Source of the DNA: Bdellovibrionota bacterium
Lineage (GTDB): Bacteria; Bdellovibrionota_C; UBA2361; JBGSMV01
DNA: 10,423 nt
Direction: 5' to 3'
NCBI GenBank assembly: GCA_044356455.1
Contig: JBIKWF010000136.1
Span: forward strand, 1-10,423
The notes under the pieces were generated by a model, which was not told the origin of the DNA, made no database searches, and saw only the letters and a program-made list of their open reading frames with translations. A program made the position numbers and the translations under genes. Shown here piece by piece: positions 9,508-10,423 of this stretch. Every line of letters begins with the position of its first letter. Positions within the stretch are counted from its first letter, which is position 1.

Positions 9508-9610
9508 AAAGGCCGGAGCTTATTTGCCACGCATAGCCACTTGGGTGGATTGCAGCCCGGGGCGTTCCGCGTTAATCCGGGGTACGAGCTTTTCGTAGGG
9601 ACCGGCTTTT
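9508..9610 (+). ncRNA. Candidate structured RNA (closing stem plus three hairpins); unassigned
   Basis: AAAGGCCGG/CCGGCTTTT closing stem enclosing CCAC/GTGG, CCCGG/CCGGG and TACGA/TCGTA hairpins. Found by eye; no family recognised. Confidence 0.3.
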
Positions 9611-9615
9611 CTTAA

Positions 9616-9741
9616 GGAGCCTCTGAAAAAGTGCGCTCTGTGAACTCTGTGTCCTCTGTGGTTGATTTAAATTTTTGAAAAACCACAGAGGACACAGAGG
9701 TCACAGAGAGAAAAAAATGTATTGGGGTTTTCAGAGGTTCC
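9616..9741. mobile_element. 126-bp MITE-like element with IS5-like TIRs and an internal 28-bp hairpin
   Basis: TIRs GGAGCCTCTGAAAA (9616-9629) and TTTTCAGAGGTTCC (9728-9741), 13/14 match; flanks TTAA and TTAG; internal arms 9636-9663 and 9681-9708 match 27/28; second copy at 2117-2234. Confidence 0.82.
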
Positions 9742-9869
9742 TTAGATACCGGGCGTAGTAAGTAATAGGTAAGGATGAAAGGCTCGTTAGGTCGCCGTGA
9801 AGTTGGCTTAGCATCTTAGCTGAGTGTTTTTCACCTGAGTATCTTTTGTGTCTTGGGAGCAGTAGCCAC

Positions 9870-10250
9870 GTGAGTCTGGACGTCACCAATCAATACTTAG
9901 GAATTATCGTTCTCTTCGTGGTCGCCACCGCCTTTTTCTTGGTGCCCGTGCTCGTTATTAAAACGATGATCGGGCCTCGGAATCAGAACCGCACCAAGCA
10001 ACTTCCCTTCGAGTGCGGATCCGTCTCGGTAGGATCCGTCAGCGATCAGCGCTTCAATGTGCGCTTCTATTTGATTGCGATGCTTTTCATCTTGTTTGAT
10101 ATCGAAGTCATCTTTCTCTATCCGTGGGCCGTCACCCTCATGCAGCTTGGTTGGCAGTCTTACTTTCAAATGCTGGCCTTTGTGCTTGTGCTCGCGGTTG
10201 GACTTATCTACGTCTGGCGCAAGGGCATTCTTGACTGGAACCGCGCGTAG
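9870..10250 (+). CDS. nuoA: NADH-quinone oxidoreductase subunit A
   Basis: Three TM helices, K..PFECG loop, FNVRFYLIAMLFILFDIEVIFLYPWAV, C-terminal YVWRKGILDW; GTG 9870 preceded by GGGAG at 9855-9859. Confidence 0.97.
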   Translation: MSLDVTNQYLGIIVLFVVATAFFLVPVLVIKTMIGPRNQNRTKQLPFECGSVSVGSVSDQRFNVRFYLIAMLFILFDIEVIFLYPWAVTLMQLGWQSYFQMLAFVLVLAVGLIYVWRKGILDWNRA

Positions 10251-10329
10251 CGGTTTCGCCGAGGACATTGATAAAGTTCCCCTGAGGATTTCTCTTCATG
10301 GCGAAGTGTAGTCTTCTTTTACCTTGCGT

Positions 10330-10423
10330 ATGAAGCGAGTAATTCTCGGACTTCTTTGGGTCTCGCTCATCACTGAACTCTTGACGGCGCTTCCTCTAAG
10401 AAGCTGGGTCTTTGAAGTAGTCG
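10330..10423 (+). CDS. 5' part of a probable membrane or exported protein, truncated by the window
   Basis: ATG 10330 open to the edge: MKRVILGLLWVSLITELLTALPLRSWVFEVV; basic N-terminus followed by a hydrophobic helix; not NuoB-like. Confidence 0.5.
   Translation, partial: MKRVILGLLWVSLITELLTALPLRSWVFEVV

Noticed and set aside
9480..9610. tRNA-associated HDV-like (theta) ribozyme or TPP riboswitch
   Set aside because: GGCCGG and CGTAGGGA are suggestive, but I cannot build the nested double pseudoknot, the structure does not start at the tRNA 3' end, and the TPP CTGAGA core is absent.
9636..9708. CRISPR-like repeats
   Set aside because: Arms are inverted pairs with 9-nt internal periodicity, not direct repeats separated by unique spacers; no cas genes in the window.

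Overview
Bacterial chromosomal, mostly housekeeping window of moderately high GC. The gene style suggests a deltaproteobacteria-like or Bdellovibrionota-like lineage (inference only). Minus strand: a Hanks-type membrane Ser/Thr kinase, two overlapping secreted hypothetical proteins and an RluA/RluD-family pseudouridine synthase, plus a second run of lpdA, lipB and a CbpA-like tandem cNMP-binding protein. Plus strand: a membrane-anchored hypothetical protein, tRNA-Arg(TCT) with a clear sigma70 promoter, and a stand-alone nuoA not followed by nuoB. The most unusual signal is non-coding. A 27-28 nt unit of three 9-nt sub-repeats (ACCAC-NRAG-NNCAC-NRAG-NNCAC-NRAG) occurs seven times in four intergenic regions: once solo, once as an inverted doublet, and twice as the hairpin core of a ~120-126 bp MITE-like element with IS5-like terminal inverted repeats and YTAR-like flanks. 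A candidate multi-stem RNA lies between the tRNA and the intact MITE.
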